Origin: an uncultured Flavobacteriaceae bacterium
GTDB lineage: Bacteria > Bacteroidota > Bacteroidia > Flavobacteriales > Flavobacteriaceae
Direction of reading: 5' to 3'
DNA length: 64,000 nt
Assembly: GCA_947502635.1 (NCBI GenBank)
Contig: CANNAN010000001.1
Location: forward strand, 729,246-793,245
Shown here: in pieces, positions 41,000 to 50,996 of the stretch
Layout of the letters: every line of letters begins with the position of its first letter
Numbering within the stretch: position 1 is the stretch's first letter
The notes under the pieces: model-generated
Database searches by the model: none
The model's input: only the letters and a program-made list of their open reading frames with translations
Told to the model about the DNA's origin: nothing
Translations under genes and position numbers: made by a program

Positions 41000-41536
41000 A
41001 TGCAAAATACTTCAAAACAATATGATGCCGTAGTCGATACGTGTAAAAATTTATTTATTAAAAAAATGTCGGATTATGGTAGTGCATGGCGCATCTTGCG
41101 TTTACCATCGCTTACCGATCAAATTTTTATTAAAGCACAGCGTATAAGAGGGCTTCAAGAAAATGATGTTCGAAAAGTAGATGAAGGTGAAGTGAGTGAA
41201 TTTATTGGTATTATAAACTACTGTATTATGGCCTTAATTCAGTTAGAGAAAGGAGTGGTAGAACAACCAGATTTATCTACAGAAGTTGCCACTGAGTTAT
41301 TTGAAAAACAAGTTGCTATTACAAAGCAACTCATGCAAGATAAAAATCATGATTACGGGGAAGCATGGCGCGATATGAGAGTAAGTAGTTTAACCGATTT
41401 AATTTTACAAAAATTATTGCGAGTTAAACAAATTGAAGATAATGCAGGTAAAACTTTAGTAAGTGAAGGTATCGATGCGAATTACCAAGATATGATAAAT
41501 TATGCCATTTTTGCATTAATTCATTTAAACGAATAA
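41000..41536 (+). CDS. DUF1599 family protein
   Basis: KKMSDYGSAWR and KNHDYGEAWRDMR duplicated motif. Confidence 0.9.
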   Translation: MQNTSKQYDAVVDTCKNLFIKKMSDYGSAWRILRLPSLTDQIFIKAQRIRGLQENDVRKVDEGEVSEFIGIINYCIMALIQLEKGVVEQPDLSTEVATELFEKQVAITKQLMQDKNHDYGEAWRDMRVSSLTDLILQKLLRVKQIEDNAGKTLVSEGIDANYQDMINYAIFALIHLNE

Positions 41537-41537
41537 T

Positions 41538-42851
41538 ATGAAAACACTTGTTACTATTTGTCGGGGTTTAGTTGGCGGACTATTTATTTTTTCGGGACTT
41601 ATTAAACTAAACGACCCATTGGGAGTGTCTTATAAATTGCAAGAATATTTTAGTCCCGATGTGTTAAACATGCCTTCTTTTGAGCCTTATGCTTTAATAA
41701 TTGCAATCTTAATGGTTGTACTAGAGGTGGTTTTGGGTGTTTTTTTGTTAATAGGCTATAAACGAAAATTTACCGTTTGGAGTTTATTTGTTTTAATTGT
41801 GTTTTTTACATTCTTAACGTTTTATGCTTGGTATTTTGATAAAGTTAAAGATTGTGGGTGTTTTGGTGATTTTTTAAAGCTAAAACCTTTTCAGAGTTTT
41901 GTTAAAGATTTAGTCCTGTTAGTATTAATTGTTATTTTGTTATTTGGAATAAAGCATATTAAGCCCGTTTTCAGCAAATTTGTAACGACAATAATAGCTT
42001 TGGTTGGTTTTCTTGGAAGCCTTTGGTTTGGATATCATGTACTCATGCATTTACCAACTTGGGATTTTAGAGCTTATCAAATAGGGAAAAATATTCAAGA
42101 AGGGATGAGTGTTCCTGAGGATGCTGTAAAGCCAATTGTAGAGTATAGTTGGAAATTTAATGTAGGAGGTGAAGATAAAGTTGTTATAACCAATGGGCCT
42201 TATCCATCAATTGAAGGAGATTTTGTTAGTGTTGATACTAAAGTAATTCAAGAAGGGGCTCAACCTGCTATCTATGATTTTTCAATAGAAAGTGAAAGCG
42301 AAGATTTAACAGCACAGTTTTTAGAAGAAGAAAATCTAATAATAGTAATTTCGTATAGTCTAGAGAAAATAGAGCAAGGTGGTGCTATGAAATTGAAAGC
42401 TTTATCTGAAGAAGCTATTAAAAATGGTTATAAAATAATTGGTTTAACGGCTTCTGGCGAAGAAGCTAAACAACGGATTAAAGACACTTATAATATTGAT
42501 TTCGATTTTTATTTGTGTGATGAAAAGGCTCTTAAAACAGTAGTACGTTCTAATCCAGGGGTTTTAGAATTAGATAAAGGTACTATTAAGCAAAAAGTGC
42601 ATTGGAATGATATTGACGCATTAGATTTGCCTAAAGTTGAAAGAAAACCAGAACCAAAAGTAGTTGAAGATAGCACCTTATATTTAATAGATGGAAAGGT
42701 AGCTGCCAAAGCAGATTTGGATACTTTAGATAAGGAAGATATTGAGGAAATGTATGTTTTAAAAGACAACCAGGACGTATTAGATTCAATTAATCAAGTT
42801 AATAATAGCAATTATACTGGTTTTGTAAAAGTGATATTAAAAAAGGAATAA
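41538..42851 (+). CDS. DoxX/MauE-like membrane protein (BT_3928 family)
   Basis: FIFSGLIKLNDP, DCGCFGD, C-terminal thioredoxin-like region. Confidence 0.85.
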   Translation: MKTLVTICRGLVGGLFIFSGLIKLNDPLGVSYKLQEYFSPDVLNMPSFEPYALIIAILMVVLEVVLGVFLLIGYKRKFTVWSLFVLIVFFTFLTFYAWYFDKVKDCGCFGDFLKLKPFQSFVKDLVLLVLIVILLFGIKHIKPVFSKFVTTIIALVGFLGSLWFGYHVLMHLPTWDFRAYQIGKNIQEGMSVPEDAVKPIVEYSWKFNVGGEDKVVITNGPYPSIEGDFVSVDTKVIQEGAQPAIYDFSIESESEDLTAQFLEEENLIIVISYSLEKIEQGGAMKLKALSEEAIKNGYKIIGLTASGEEAKQRIKDTYNIDFDFYLCDEKALKTVVRSNPGVLELDKGTIKQKVHWNDIDALDLPKVERKPEPKVVEDSTLYLIDGKVAAKADLDTLDKEDIEEMYVLKDNQDVLDSINQVNNSNYTGFVKVILKKE

Positions 42852-42852
42852 T

Positions 42853-43929
42853 CTGATAAGCTATTTATTAAATAAAATCACATATGCTATACTCACATTG
42901 TTTGGGGTAGTTACTGTTATTTTCTTTTTATTTAATGTCCTTCCTGGAGATCCTGCACAAATGATGCTTGGACAAAATGAAGATAGTGAGCAACTAGCAA
43001 TCGTAAAGCAAAAATATGGATTCGATAAGTCTATAACGACACAGTATTTCTATTATTTAAATGATTTATCACCGATCTCATTTCATTCTAAAAAACAAGA
43101 CGATTATACTTTTTTAAGAAAAGGAAAGTATAATGCAACCGCATTATTTTCAATAGGAAACACAACGACTGTTTTAAAATTTCCATATTTAAGAGAATCT
43201 TTTACGAAACAGGGAAAGAAAGTAAGTTATGTATTAGCAGAAACATTACCCAATACCTTTGTGCTGGCAATAACAGCTATAATAATAGCTATGATTTTAG
43301 GTGTTTTATTAGGCATCGTATCTGCATTATATAAAGACAGGTGGTTAGATAAAACGATTCAAATCCTTAGCACCCTTGGCATGAGTATTCCATCTTTTTT
43401 CAGTGCCATACTATTTGCCTGGTTTTTTGGATACATCCTGCATGAGTATACAAATTTGGAAATGACAGGCAGTTTATATGAGTTAGACGATTTTGGTGAA
43501 GCTATGCATATTAAATGGAAAAACTTGATTCTTCCAGCTATAGTATTAGGTATTCGTCCTTTGGCTGTCGTTATTCAACTCATGCGAAATTCGTTATTGG
43601 AAGTTTTTAATCAGGATTATATCCGTACGGCAAGAGCAAAAGGTTTGAGTGAATTTCAAATTATAAAAAGACATGCTGTAAAGAATGCTCTAAACCCAGT
43701 TGTTACAGCAATATCTGGTTGGTTTGCTTCAATGTTAGCGGGAGCCGTTTTTGTAGAGTACATTTTTGGTTGGAACGGATTGGGAAAAGAGATTGTAAAT
43801 GCTCTAAATACATTAGATTTACCTGTCATTATGGGTTCGGTGTTAATTATAGCTCTACTTTTCATAATTATTAATATTTTTGTAGACTTAATTTATGTAT
43901 GGTTAGATCCAAAAGTGAAGTTGCAATAA
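42853..43929 (+). CDS. ABC transporter permease (DppB/OppB family), probable CTG start
   Basis: LPGDPA, EAA motif DYIRTARAKGL, GAVFVEYIFGWNGLG. The frame extends 15 codons upstream of TTG 42898 to CTG 42853. Confidence 0.85.
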   Translation: MISYLLNKITYAILTLFGVVTVIFFLFNVLPGDPAQMMLGQNEDSEQLAIVKQKYGFDKSITTQYFYYLNDLSPISFHSKKQDDYTFLRKGKYNATALFSIGNTTTVLKFPYLRESFTKQGKKVSYVLAETLPNTFVLAITAIIIAMILGVLLGIVSALYKDRWLDKTIQILSTLGMSIPSFFSAILFAWFFGYILHEYTNLEMTGSLYELDDFGEAMHIKWKNLILPAIVLGIRPLAVVIQLMRNSLLEVFNQDYIRTARAKGLSEFQIIKRHAVKNALNPVVTAISGWFASMLAGAVFVEYIFGWNGLGKEIVNALNTLDLPVIMGSVLIIALLFIIINIFVDLIYVWLDPKVKLQ

Positions 43930-43936
43930 AAGATAT

Positions 43937-44422
43937 ATGAAAAAAATGAATTATCTACTCATACTGATCATCAGTTTTTTTAGTTGTAATACAGAGTCCC
44001 CAACACAATTCTCAGTAGAAGCTTTAAACGATACATTTATTACTAAGGAAGGTCATTCTATAGCCTTTAAAGATATTTTGGAAAATCATAAAGGAAAAAC
44101 ATTAGTGATTGATGTTTGGGCATCATGGTGTAGAGACTGCATAGAAGGCATGCCAAAAATAAAAGGATTACAAGAGGAATATAAAAATGTTACTTATATC
44201 TTTTTGTCTTTAGATAAAACTGAAAAGGCTTGGAAAAAAGGCATTAAAAAACATCATATAGAAGGCGCGCATTATTTTATGCAATCAGGATGGGAAGGTG
44301 CTTTTGGTAAGTTTTTAGACCTCGACTGGATTCCGCGTTACATGGTTGTAGATGCTAATGGGAATATAAAACTATTTGAAGCTGTTAAAGCAGACGACAT
44401 AAGAATTAAAGAAAATTTATAA
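43937..44422 (+). CDS. TlpA-family thioredoxin-like lipoprotein
   Basis: Lipobox FFSC, WASWCRDC, IPRY. Confidence 0.88.
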   Translation: MKKMNYLLILIISFFSCNTESPTQFSVEALNDTFITKEGHSIAFKDILENHKGKTLVIDVWASWCRDCIEGMPKIKGLQEEYKNVTYIFLSLDKTEKAWKKGIKKHHIEGAHYFMQSGWEGAFGKFLDLDWIPRYMVVDANGNIKLFEAVKADDIRIKENL

Positions 44423-44462
44423 TAATTAATAAAGTCCTTTATTTTAAAAGGTTTAAATTAAA

Positions 44463-45212
44463 ATGAGAAAACAAATTGTAGCAGGTAACTGGAAGATGAA
44501 TAATGATTTATCGCAAACAGGATCATTAATTGATGCGTTAAAAAGTAAAACTCAAACCTCAAATGCAGAGGTTATGGTAGCACCAACATTTACTAATTTA
44601 TACCATGCTTTTGAAGCATTGAAAACTGTTAATATTGAAGTTGTTGCACAAAACATGCATTTTGCAGAAAATGGAGCCTACACAGGTGAAATAAGTGCAA
44701 GTATGCTTAAAAGCGTCGGGATTCAAACAGTGATTTTAGGACATAGTGAACGCCGTGCCTATTTTAATGAAACGGATGAATTGCTAGCTAAAAAAGTTGA
44801 TGCTGCTTTAGCAAATAATATGCGTGTTATTTTCTGTTTTGGAGAAGAGTTGGCCGATAGAAAATCTGGAAATGAAGAAACAGTAGTTGGCAACCAAATT
44901 AAAAACGCTTTATTTCATTTAGATGCTTCGGCATTCAAAAACATTGTATTGGCATACGAACCTGTTTGGGCAATTGGTACAGGTGAAACTGCCAGTCCAG
45001 AGCAAGCACAAGATATGCATGCTTTCATTAGAAAAACACTTAGCGATAAATACGGTAATGAAGTGGCAAATACGGTTTCAATTCTTTATGGAGGTAGTGT
45101 AAAACCAGCAAACGCTCAGGAAATTTTTTCTAAGCCTGACGTAGATGGTGGTTTAATTGGAGGTGCTGCACTTAATGCAGACGACTTTTTCGCAATTGTA
45201 AATGCATTTTAA
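44463..45212 (+). CDS. tpiA: Triose-phosphate isomerase
   Basis: AGNWKMN, GHSERR, AYEPVWAIGTG, YGGSV, GGLIGGA. Confidence 0.98.
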   Translation: MRKQIVAGNWKMNNDLSQTGSLIDALKSKTQTSNAEVMVAPTFTNLYHAFEALKTVNIEVVAQNMHFAENGAYTGEISASMLKSVGIQTVILGHSERRAYFNETDELLAKKVDAALANNMRVIFCFGEELADRKSGNEETVVGNQIKNALFHLDASAFKNIVLAYEPVWAIGTGETASPEQAQDMHAFIRKTLSDKYGNEVANTVSILYGGSVKPANAQEIFSKPDVDGGLIGGAALNADDFFAIVNAF

Positions 45213-45326
45213 ATAAAGCATTTGGACATACATGTCTTTAAAATAAATTGAAGGTATTTTGTTTGGTATTTTAAGAATATTGAACGTATGAATAAAAAAT
45301 ATAGCTTACATGCTAATATGAAAAAT

Positions 45327-45356
45327 AACCTCATGAATTGTATAATTCATGAGGTT
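45327..45356. repeat. Perfect 13-bp inverted repeat between tpiA and prmA
   Basis: AACCTCATGAATT-GTAT-AATTCATGAGGTT. Could be a terminator or an operator. Confidence 0.6.
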
Positions 45357-45374
45357 TAAATTCAATATAAAACT

Positions 45375-46211
45375 ATGTCGAATATCATTTATATAGGTTA
45401 CGAGTTTAAAGTAGAACCCATACAGCCAGGAGTAGAAATACTTATTGCAGAATTAGGTTACGAAGGTTTTGAAAGCTTTGTGGAGACAGAAGAAGGTGTT
45501 ACCGCATATATTCAAAAAGAAGATTGGAAGCAATCTATACTTGAGGATGTTCAAATTATAAATTCTGAAGAGTTTAAAATCAGTTTCACTTTTAACGAGA
45601 TTGAACAAACCAATTGGAATAAAGAATGGGAAAAGAATTTCAATCCTATTGTAGTGGATAATATGTGTTCTGTTCGTGCACCATTTCACGAAAAACCAGA
45701 GACTAAATTTGATATTGTTATAGAACCAAAAATGAGTTTTGGTACAGGTCATCACGAAACGACTCATATGATGATTCAGCATATTTTAAATAATGATTTT
45801 ACTAACAAATCTGTTTTAGATATGGGCTGTGGTACAGGTGTATTAGCGATTTTGACAGAAATGAAAGGCGCAAAACCCATTGATGCTGTAGATTACGATA
45901 ATTGGTGTTATTTAAACAGTCTTGAGAATGTTGGACGTAATAATTGTAATCACATTACCGTTATAGAAGGAGATGCATCGGTTTTAGAAAATAAAAAATA
46001 TGATATTATTATTGCTAATATCAACCGGAACATTTTATTAAACGATATGGAAACGTATGTATCGTGTTTAAACAAAAAGGGCATGTTGTTTTTAAGCGGA
46101 TTTTATAATGATGATATTCGCATGATTACCGACGAATGTGAAAAGCATTTGTTAAAATTTGAAGAAAAATTAGAAAGAAACAATTGGGTTTCCTTAAAAT
46201 TTTTAAATTAG
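45375..46211 (+). CDS. prmA: Ribosomal protein L11 methyltransferase
   Basis: SFGTGHHETT, LDMGCGTG, ANINRNIL. Confidence 0.95.
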   Translation: MSNIIYIGYEFKVEPIQPGVEILIAELGYEGFESFVETEEGVTAYIQKEDWKQSILEDVQIINSEEFKISFTFNEIEQTNWNKEWEKNFNPIVVDNMCSVRAPFHEKPETKFDIVIEPKMSFGTGHHETTHMMIQHILNNDFTNKSVLDMGCGTGVLAILTEMKGAKPIDAVDYDNWCYLNSLENVGRNNCNHITVIEGDASVLENKKYDIIIANINRNILLNDMETYVSCLNKKGMLFLSGFYNDDIRMITDECEKHLLKFEEKLERNNWVSLKFLN

Positions 46212-46226
46212 TATAAAAATTGAAAA

Positions 46227-46502
46227 ATGAGTACAAGAGAAAAAGCATCCGAAGAATTACTACTTGAAGAAGAAGTATCCACTCAAAATGAAATTGTTTT
46301 GTTTAATGACGATGTTAATACATTTGACCATGTTATAGAAACGCTTATCTATGCTTGTGATCACACAGCAGAACAAGCAGAGCAATGCTCACTCATAGTG
46401 CATTATAAGGGAAAATGTACAGTTAAAACAGGTTTGTACGACGATTTAAAACCACGTTGTTCCATGCTGCTTGAAGCAGGGCTAAGCGCAGAAATAGTAT
46501 AA
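46227..46502 (+). CDS. clpS: ClpS adaptor
   Basis: VLFNDDVNTFDHV and VHYKGKC. Confidence 0.92.
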   Translation: MSTREKASEELLLEEEVSTQNEIVLFNDDVNTFDHVIETLIYACDHTAEQAEQCSLIVHYKGKCTVKTGLYDDLKPRCSMLLEAGLSAEIV

Positions 46503-46504
46503 GT

Positions 46505-46774
46505 CTAGCTGCTTAATCTTCCTATAGCACAACTTACAAAAGATTTTGCTTTTGTAGTTAATGCATTCTTTTCTCCCACAATAGGGTATCCAATTTTGTG
46601 TAATAATTCTTTGGCCTCGAAGAGTGTTTTGTCATTTTTATATGAAAATGAAACAGTATAAGCTTCATGGTTGATTGTTACATCTCTAATGTTTTCTATA
46701 TCAGATAACTTATTGGTAATTGTGTGAGCACAACCTCCACATTTAAGATTCTGTATTTCTAAAGCTATTTTCAT
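46505..46774 (-). CDS. Heavy-metal-associated (HMA) domain protein
   Basis: NLKCGGC, and SFVSCAIG at the C-terminus. Start ATG 46774. Confidence 0.88.
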   Translation of the reverse strand: MKIALEIQNLKCGGCAHTITNKLSDIENIRDVTINHEAYTVSFSYKNDKTLFEAKELLHKIGYPIVGEKNALTTKAKSFVSCAIGRLSS

Positions 46775-46776
46775 TT

Positions 46777-48186
46777 TTATAAAGTTGACGGACAAATATA
46801 AGTGGTGGTTGGTAAATCTGTTGTTTTAATAGCACCAAATCCCCCTGCAATGTCTATCACGTTAAACCCTCTGGCTTTTAAAATAGATGCGGCAATAACC
46901 GAACGATACCCTCCAGCACAATGCAGGTAATAGGTTTTATTTTTATCAATAGCATTCATATTATCATTAATATAGTCTAAAGCAAAGTGTTGTACCAAAT
47001 CACTATTTAGGTGTTCCGATTTGTATTCACCATCTTTTCTAACATCAAGTATATTAATTGAACCCTTCTTAAAACGATTAGAAAATTCATTAACAGAAAT
47101 AGACTCAATAGTTTCAATATCTTTACCAGCGTCTTTCCAAGCATGAATAGCACCTTTTAGATATCCCAAAGTATTATCATAACCAACACGAGATAATCGA
47201 GTTACAGTCTCTTTTTCTTTCCCTTCAGGAGTAACAAGAAGAATTGGTTGTTTTAAATCGGTAATTAAAGCGCCAACCCATGGCGCGAATCCCCCATTAA
47301 TACCAATAAAAATAGAATTTGGGATATGTTCTTTTACGAATTCTTTTTCAGTTCTAACATCAAGAACTAAGGCATCTTTTTGATTTGCAATGGCTTCAAA
47401 CGCTTCTGGACTAAGTTCTGTACCCCCTTTTTGTAAAATAGTTTCAAAATTATCATAACCAGACTTATTCATCATCGCATTTTTAGCAAAATATTGTGGA
47501 GGAGGCGTAATGCCATCTAAAACTTCTTTAACAAAATCTTCTTTAGTCATATCTGCTCTTAAAGCATAGTTTGTTTTTTTCTGATCTCCTAAAAGACCAA
47601 TAGTTTCTTTGCTCAAATTTTTTCCACACGCAGAACCGGCACCATGTGCAGGGTAAACGATTATGTTGTCTGCTAATGGGATAATTTTATTTCGTAGAGA
47701 CTCGTATAACATTCCAGCTAAATCCTCTTTTGTTAAGTCAGATTTTATTGCTAAATCTGGACGTCCTACATCACCTAAAAACAAGGTGTCTCCACTAAAA
47801 ATAGCATGATTATTTCCTTGTTCATCAATTAAAAGAAACGTGGACGATTCTAAAGTATGTCCAGGTGTGTGCAAAACTTTTATGGTAATATTCCCGATTT
47901 TAAATACTTCATTATCGGTTGCTATATGTGCATCATAATCTGTTTCTGCACCAGGTCCAAAAACAATAGTAGCTCCTGTTTTTTTAGCTAAATCAACATG
48001 TCCAGAAACAAAATCGGCATGAAAATGAGTCTCGAAAATATACTTGATTTTGGCATTTTCTTTCTTTGCTTTATCAACATATTGTTGAGTTTCTCGCAAT
48101 GGGTCAATAATGGCAACTTCGCCATTAGATTCTATATAGTAGGCTCCTTGAGCTAAACATCCTGTATAAATTTGTTCTATTTTCAT
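46777..48186 (-). CDS. MBL-fold hydrolase fused to two rhodanese domains (persulfide dioxygenase-rhodanese type)
   Basis: THFHADFVSG, TPGHT, GDTLF, PAHGAGS, LDVR twice, active-site HCAGGYRS. Confidence 0.9.
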   Translation of the reverse strand: MKIEQIYTGCLAQGAYYIESNGEVAIIDPLRETQQYVDKAKKENAKIKYIFETHFHADFVSGHVDLAKKTGATIVFGPGAETDYDAHIATDNEVFKIGNITIKVLHTPGHTLESSTFLLIDEQGNNHAIFSGDTLFLGDVGRPDLAIKSDLTKEDLAGMLYESLRNKIIPLADNIIVYPAHGAGSACGKNLSKETIGLLGDQKKTNYALRADMTKEDFVKEVLDGITPPPQYFAKNAMMNKSGYDNFETILQKGGTELSPEAFEAIANQKDALVLDVRTEKEFVKEHIPNSIFIGINGGFAPWVGALITDLKQPILLVTPEGKEKETVTRLSRVGYDNTLGYLKGAIHAWKDAGKDIETIESISVNEFSNRFKKGSINILDVRKDGEYKSEHLNSDLVQHFALDYINDNMNAIDKNKTYYLHCAGGYRSVIAASILKARGFNVIDIAGGFGAIKTTDLPTTTYICPSTL

Positions 48187-48233
48187 GATCTATTTTTTTA
48201 AGTAAACAGAAATCCTATTAAATTAAAACATTT

Positions 48234-48278
48234 CAAAATTACAAATCCTAAACGATTCACTTTGTGACTTAAGTCACA
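48234..48278 (-). promoter_or_regulatory. Promoter with CRP/FNR-type box
   Basis: TAATTTTG -7 box (48234-48241) and perfect palindrome TGTGACTTAAGTCACA (48263-48278). Confidence 0.7.
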
Positions 48279-48284
48279 TTACAA

Positions 48285-49076
48285 TTACTTAAGCTCTTTA
48301 TAAATAATATAAATAGCCATTATTAAAACAAAAAAACCAAAGCTTTTTTTGAGTTTCTTTCCACTTATAAATTTGGAGATAAATACACCTATAATAATTC
48401 CTATTACAGAAATTAGTGTAAAAGAAAGTAGAAATATCCATTCAATTTCTAAAGTTTGAATATCTCCTATAAAACCAATTAGAGAATTAATTGTTACAAT
48501 AATTAATGAGGTACCTACTGCCTTTTTCATTGGGATATTTGCCCAAACAACTAGTGCAGGAACATATAAAAAGCCACCACCAGCACCAATTAGCCCAGTA
48601 ATTGTCCCAATAATTAATCCTTGAATAAATGTCTTATAATAAGGTTGGGGTTTTGAAACATTATTAGTGTTTTTTTCTCTTTTTATCATAGAAAATGAGG
48701 CTAAAAGCATGATAATAGCAAAAAATACCATGATGCTCATTTCTTTTGAAAGCGTATAGTCATTAAAGCTGTAAAGCGTATCGGGAATACTTGGAACTAA
48801 ATAACGTCTAGATAAATAAACCGCAACAAATGATGGAAACGAAAAGGCTAGGCCTGTTTTAAAATCGACCAGTCCTTCTTTGTATTTTTGGTAGGTACCT
48901 ACCATAGAAGATGTTCCAACTACAAAAAGAGAATACGCGGTTGCTATTACAGGATTATAACCCAAAAGATATACTAGTAGTGGTACGGTGAGTATGGAAC
49001 CACCGCCACCTATTAATCCTAAAACCAAACCTACAATTAAAGCTCCAAGGTATCCTAAAAGTTGCGTGGAGTCCAT
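48285..49076 (-). CDS. TauE/SafE sulfite exporter family
   Basis: GLIGGGGSILTVP, GLIGAGGGFL, KAVGTSL. Confidence 0.9.
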   Translation of the reverse strand: MDSTQLLGYLGALIVGLVLGLIGGGGSILTVPLLVYLLGYNPVIATAYSLFVVGTSSMVGTYQKYKEGLVDFKTGLAFSFPSFVAVYLSRRYLVPSIPDTLYSFNDYTLSKEMSIMVFFAIIMLLASFSMIKREKNTNNVSKPQPYYKTFIQGLIIGTITGLIGAGGGFLYVPALVVWANIPMKKAVGTSLIIVTINSLIGFIGDIQTLEIEWIFLLSFTLISVIGIIIGVFISKFISGKKLKKSFGFFVLIMAIYIIYKELK

Positions 49077-49489
49077 TAATGTGGCAGTTTATTTTTTAAA
49101 GCCCCATATATATATGTGCCTAAGATAGCTGCAGCAATTGCAATAGCCATACTAAATACACCAGTTCCTAATAGAATGTACATAGGACCTGGGCACGCTC
49201 CGATAAGTGCCCAGCCAAATCCGAATAATATCCCGCCAATAATATATCTTGAGATGCCTTTTTCTTTTTTAGGAACAAAAATATCAGCGCCTTTAATGCT
49301 TTTTACTATTCCTCTTTTTGATATTTGAAGAAATAAGATTCCAGAAGCAATAGCAGTACCTATAATGCCATACATATGAAATGATTGAAATCTAAACATC
49401 TCATAAATTCTATACCATGAAACTGCTTCAGATTTTACTAAAACAATTCCGAAGAAAATACCAACTAATAAAAATTTTAAATATTTCAT
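49076..49489 (-). CDS. YeeE/YedE family membrane protein
   Basis: FQSFHMYG and GWALIGACPGP. Confidence 0.88.
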   Translation of the reverse strand: MKYLKFLLVGIFFGIVLVKSEAVSWYRIYEMFRFQSFHMYGIIGTAIASGILFLQISKRGIVKSIKGADIFVPKKEKGISRYIIGGILFGFGWALIGACPGPMYILLGTGVFSMAIAIAAAILGTYIYGALKNKLPH

Positions 49490-49492
49490 TTT

Positions 49493-50050
49493 TTAGAAAA
49501 TTAGAGGTAAAATAAAATTAGCCATAATTAATCCACCAATAAAAAAGCCAACGACGGCTATTAATGATGGTTTTTGTAGACTACTAAGGCCCGTTATAGC
49601 ATGTCCAGAGGTGCAACCACCAGCGTAACGTGTACCAAAACCAACGAGTAAGCCACCCAAAATTAAAAGGAATAATCCTTTTGGTGAGGTTATAGCCTCA
49701 AGGCCATACATTTCATTAGGAACTAATGTGGCTCCTGAATTTTCAAAACCCATATTTTGAAGTTCCATGATGGTCGCTGGATTTAAATTTGTGACACTAT
49801 CATTTGATAAAAATTGCGTGGCTATAAAACCACCAATAACAGCACCAAGCACAACAATTAAGTTCCATATTTGTGCTTTCCAGTTAAATTTAAAGAAGTT
49901 AACTGTTTTTCCTGCTCCTATAATTGAGCACATGGTCCTAAGGTTAGAAGACATGCCAAATGTCTTACCAAAATAAAGCAATAATGCCATAACGAATGCG
50001 ATCAGTGGCCCCGAGATATACCATGGCCAAGGGTTTAAAATGTATTCCAT
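49493..50050 (-). CDS. YeeE/YedE family thiosulfate-transporter-like protein
   Basis: [11 protein letters not shown] and [16 protein letters not shown]. Confidence 0.9.
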   Translation of the reverse strand: MEYILNPWPWYISGPLIAFVMALLLYFGKTFGMSSNLRTMCSIIGAGKTVNFFKFNWKAQIWNLIVVLGAVIGGFIATQFLSNDSVTNLNPATIMELQNMGFENSGATLVPNEMYGLEAITSPKGLFLLILGGLLVGFGTRYAGGCTSGHAITGLSSLQKPSLIAVVGFFIGGLIMANFILPLIF

Positions 50051-50069
50051 ACCTGTATTTAATTAATTA

Positions 50070-50114
50070 CAAATGTAAAATTAAACTGAAGTAAGTTTTG
50101 TGATAAATGTTACT
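50070..50114 (-). promoter_or_regulatory. Promoter with CRP/FNR-type box
   Basis: TACATTTG -7 box (50070-50077) and TGTGA-N6-TTACT (50099-50114), with the same spacing as the 48234 promoter. Confidence 0.65.
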
Positions 50115-50186
50115 TATACAGATATGTTTAATTATGTTTTGAGTTTTGTGATGAGAATCTAATACAAGTATAGTTGTTATTTTAAA

Positions 50187-50816
50187 CTATAAAATTTCAA
50201 TTTTATTCCTGCTGAGTTTTATTTTGTTTTCGTTTTCAAATTGCTTTAAAAGTCTAGAGATAACAACACGTGATGTATGTAAATCTTCGGCAATATCTTG
50301 ATGTTTTACAATAATAATGTTAGATGTATGAAGCTTAACTTTGTTAATTAAATACTTATAAAGACGTTCGTCCATTTTCATGAAAGCCAAATTATCTATA
50401 GCTTCCAGCATTTCATCAAAACGAGTTTGGTAACTTTCTAGTATAAAATTTCGCCAACTTTCATTATTATGAAACCATGTTTGCATGTTTTGAACAGGAA
50501 TCATAATAAGACTTGAGTCTTTTTCAGCAACAGCTCTGATTTTACTTCTGGAAGTTCCCATACAACAAGTGAGAGACATGGTACAGGTTTCTCCTGCTTC
50601 TAAAAAATAGATAAGTAATTCATTACCGTCATTATCTTCTCGGAGTATTTTTATATTTCCGCTTAATAAAAGTGGTATATACTGTAAAGGTTGATTAATA
50701 TCTATAATAATATCATCTTTAGAAAAGGTGCTTATAGTACCAATTTTTCCGATTTCATCTATTAAGACCTCATCAAAAATATGATTGAATTTTTGATATA
50801 ATAATTTCTTTCCCAT
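50187..50816 (-). CDS. Crp/Fnr family transcriptional regulator
   Basis: cNMP-binding-like GETCTMSLTCC and HTH HQDIAEDLHTSRVVISRLLK. Start ATG 50816 (TTG 50822 is an alternative). Confidence 0.92.
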   Translation of the reverse strand: MGKKLLYQKFNHIFDEVLIDEIGKIGTISTFSKDDIIIDINQPLQYIPLLLSGNIKILREDNDGNELLIYFLEAGETCTMSLTCCMGTSRSKIRAVAEKDSSLIMIPVQNMQTWFHNNESWRNFILESYQTRFDEMLEAIDNLAFMKMDERLYKYLINKVKLHTSNIIIVKHQDIAEDLHTSRVVISRLLKQFENENKIKLSRNKIEIL

Positions 50817-50996
50817 ATTCAAAAATAATGAATTACAAATTAAGAGTTAGGGCAAAAAACAATACAATAATTGGGACAATCACAAGAAGTCAATTGTTTT
50901 TTAAGTTATATTAGTTGGAATTTATAAATAATGTTGTTTCATGCTGTTAATACCCAGAGGAAGCAAAATTTATTAAAAACTAAAAGATGGAAAAAC

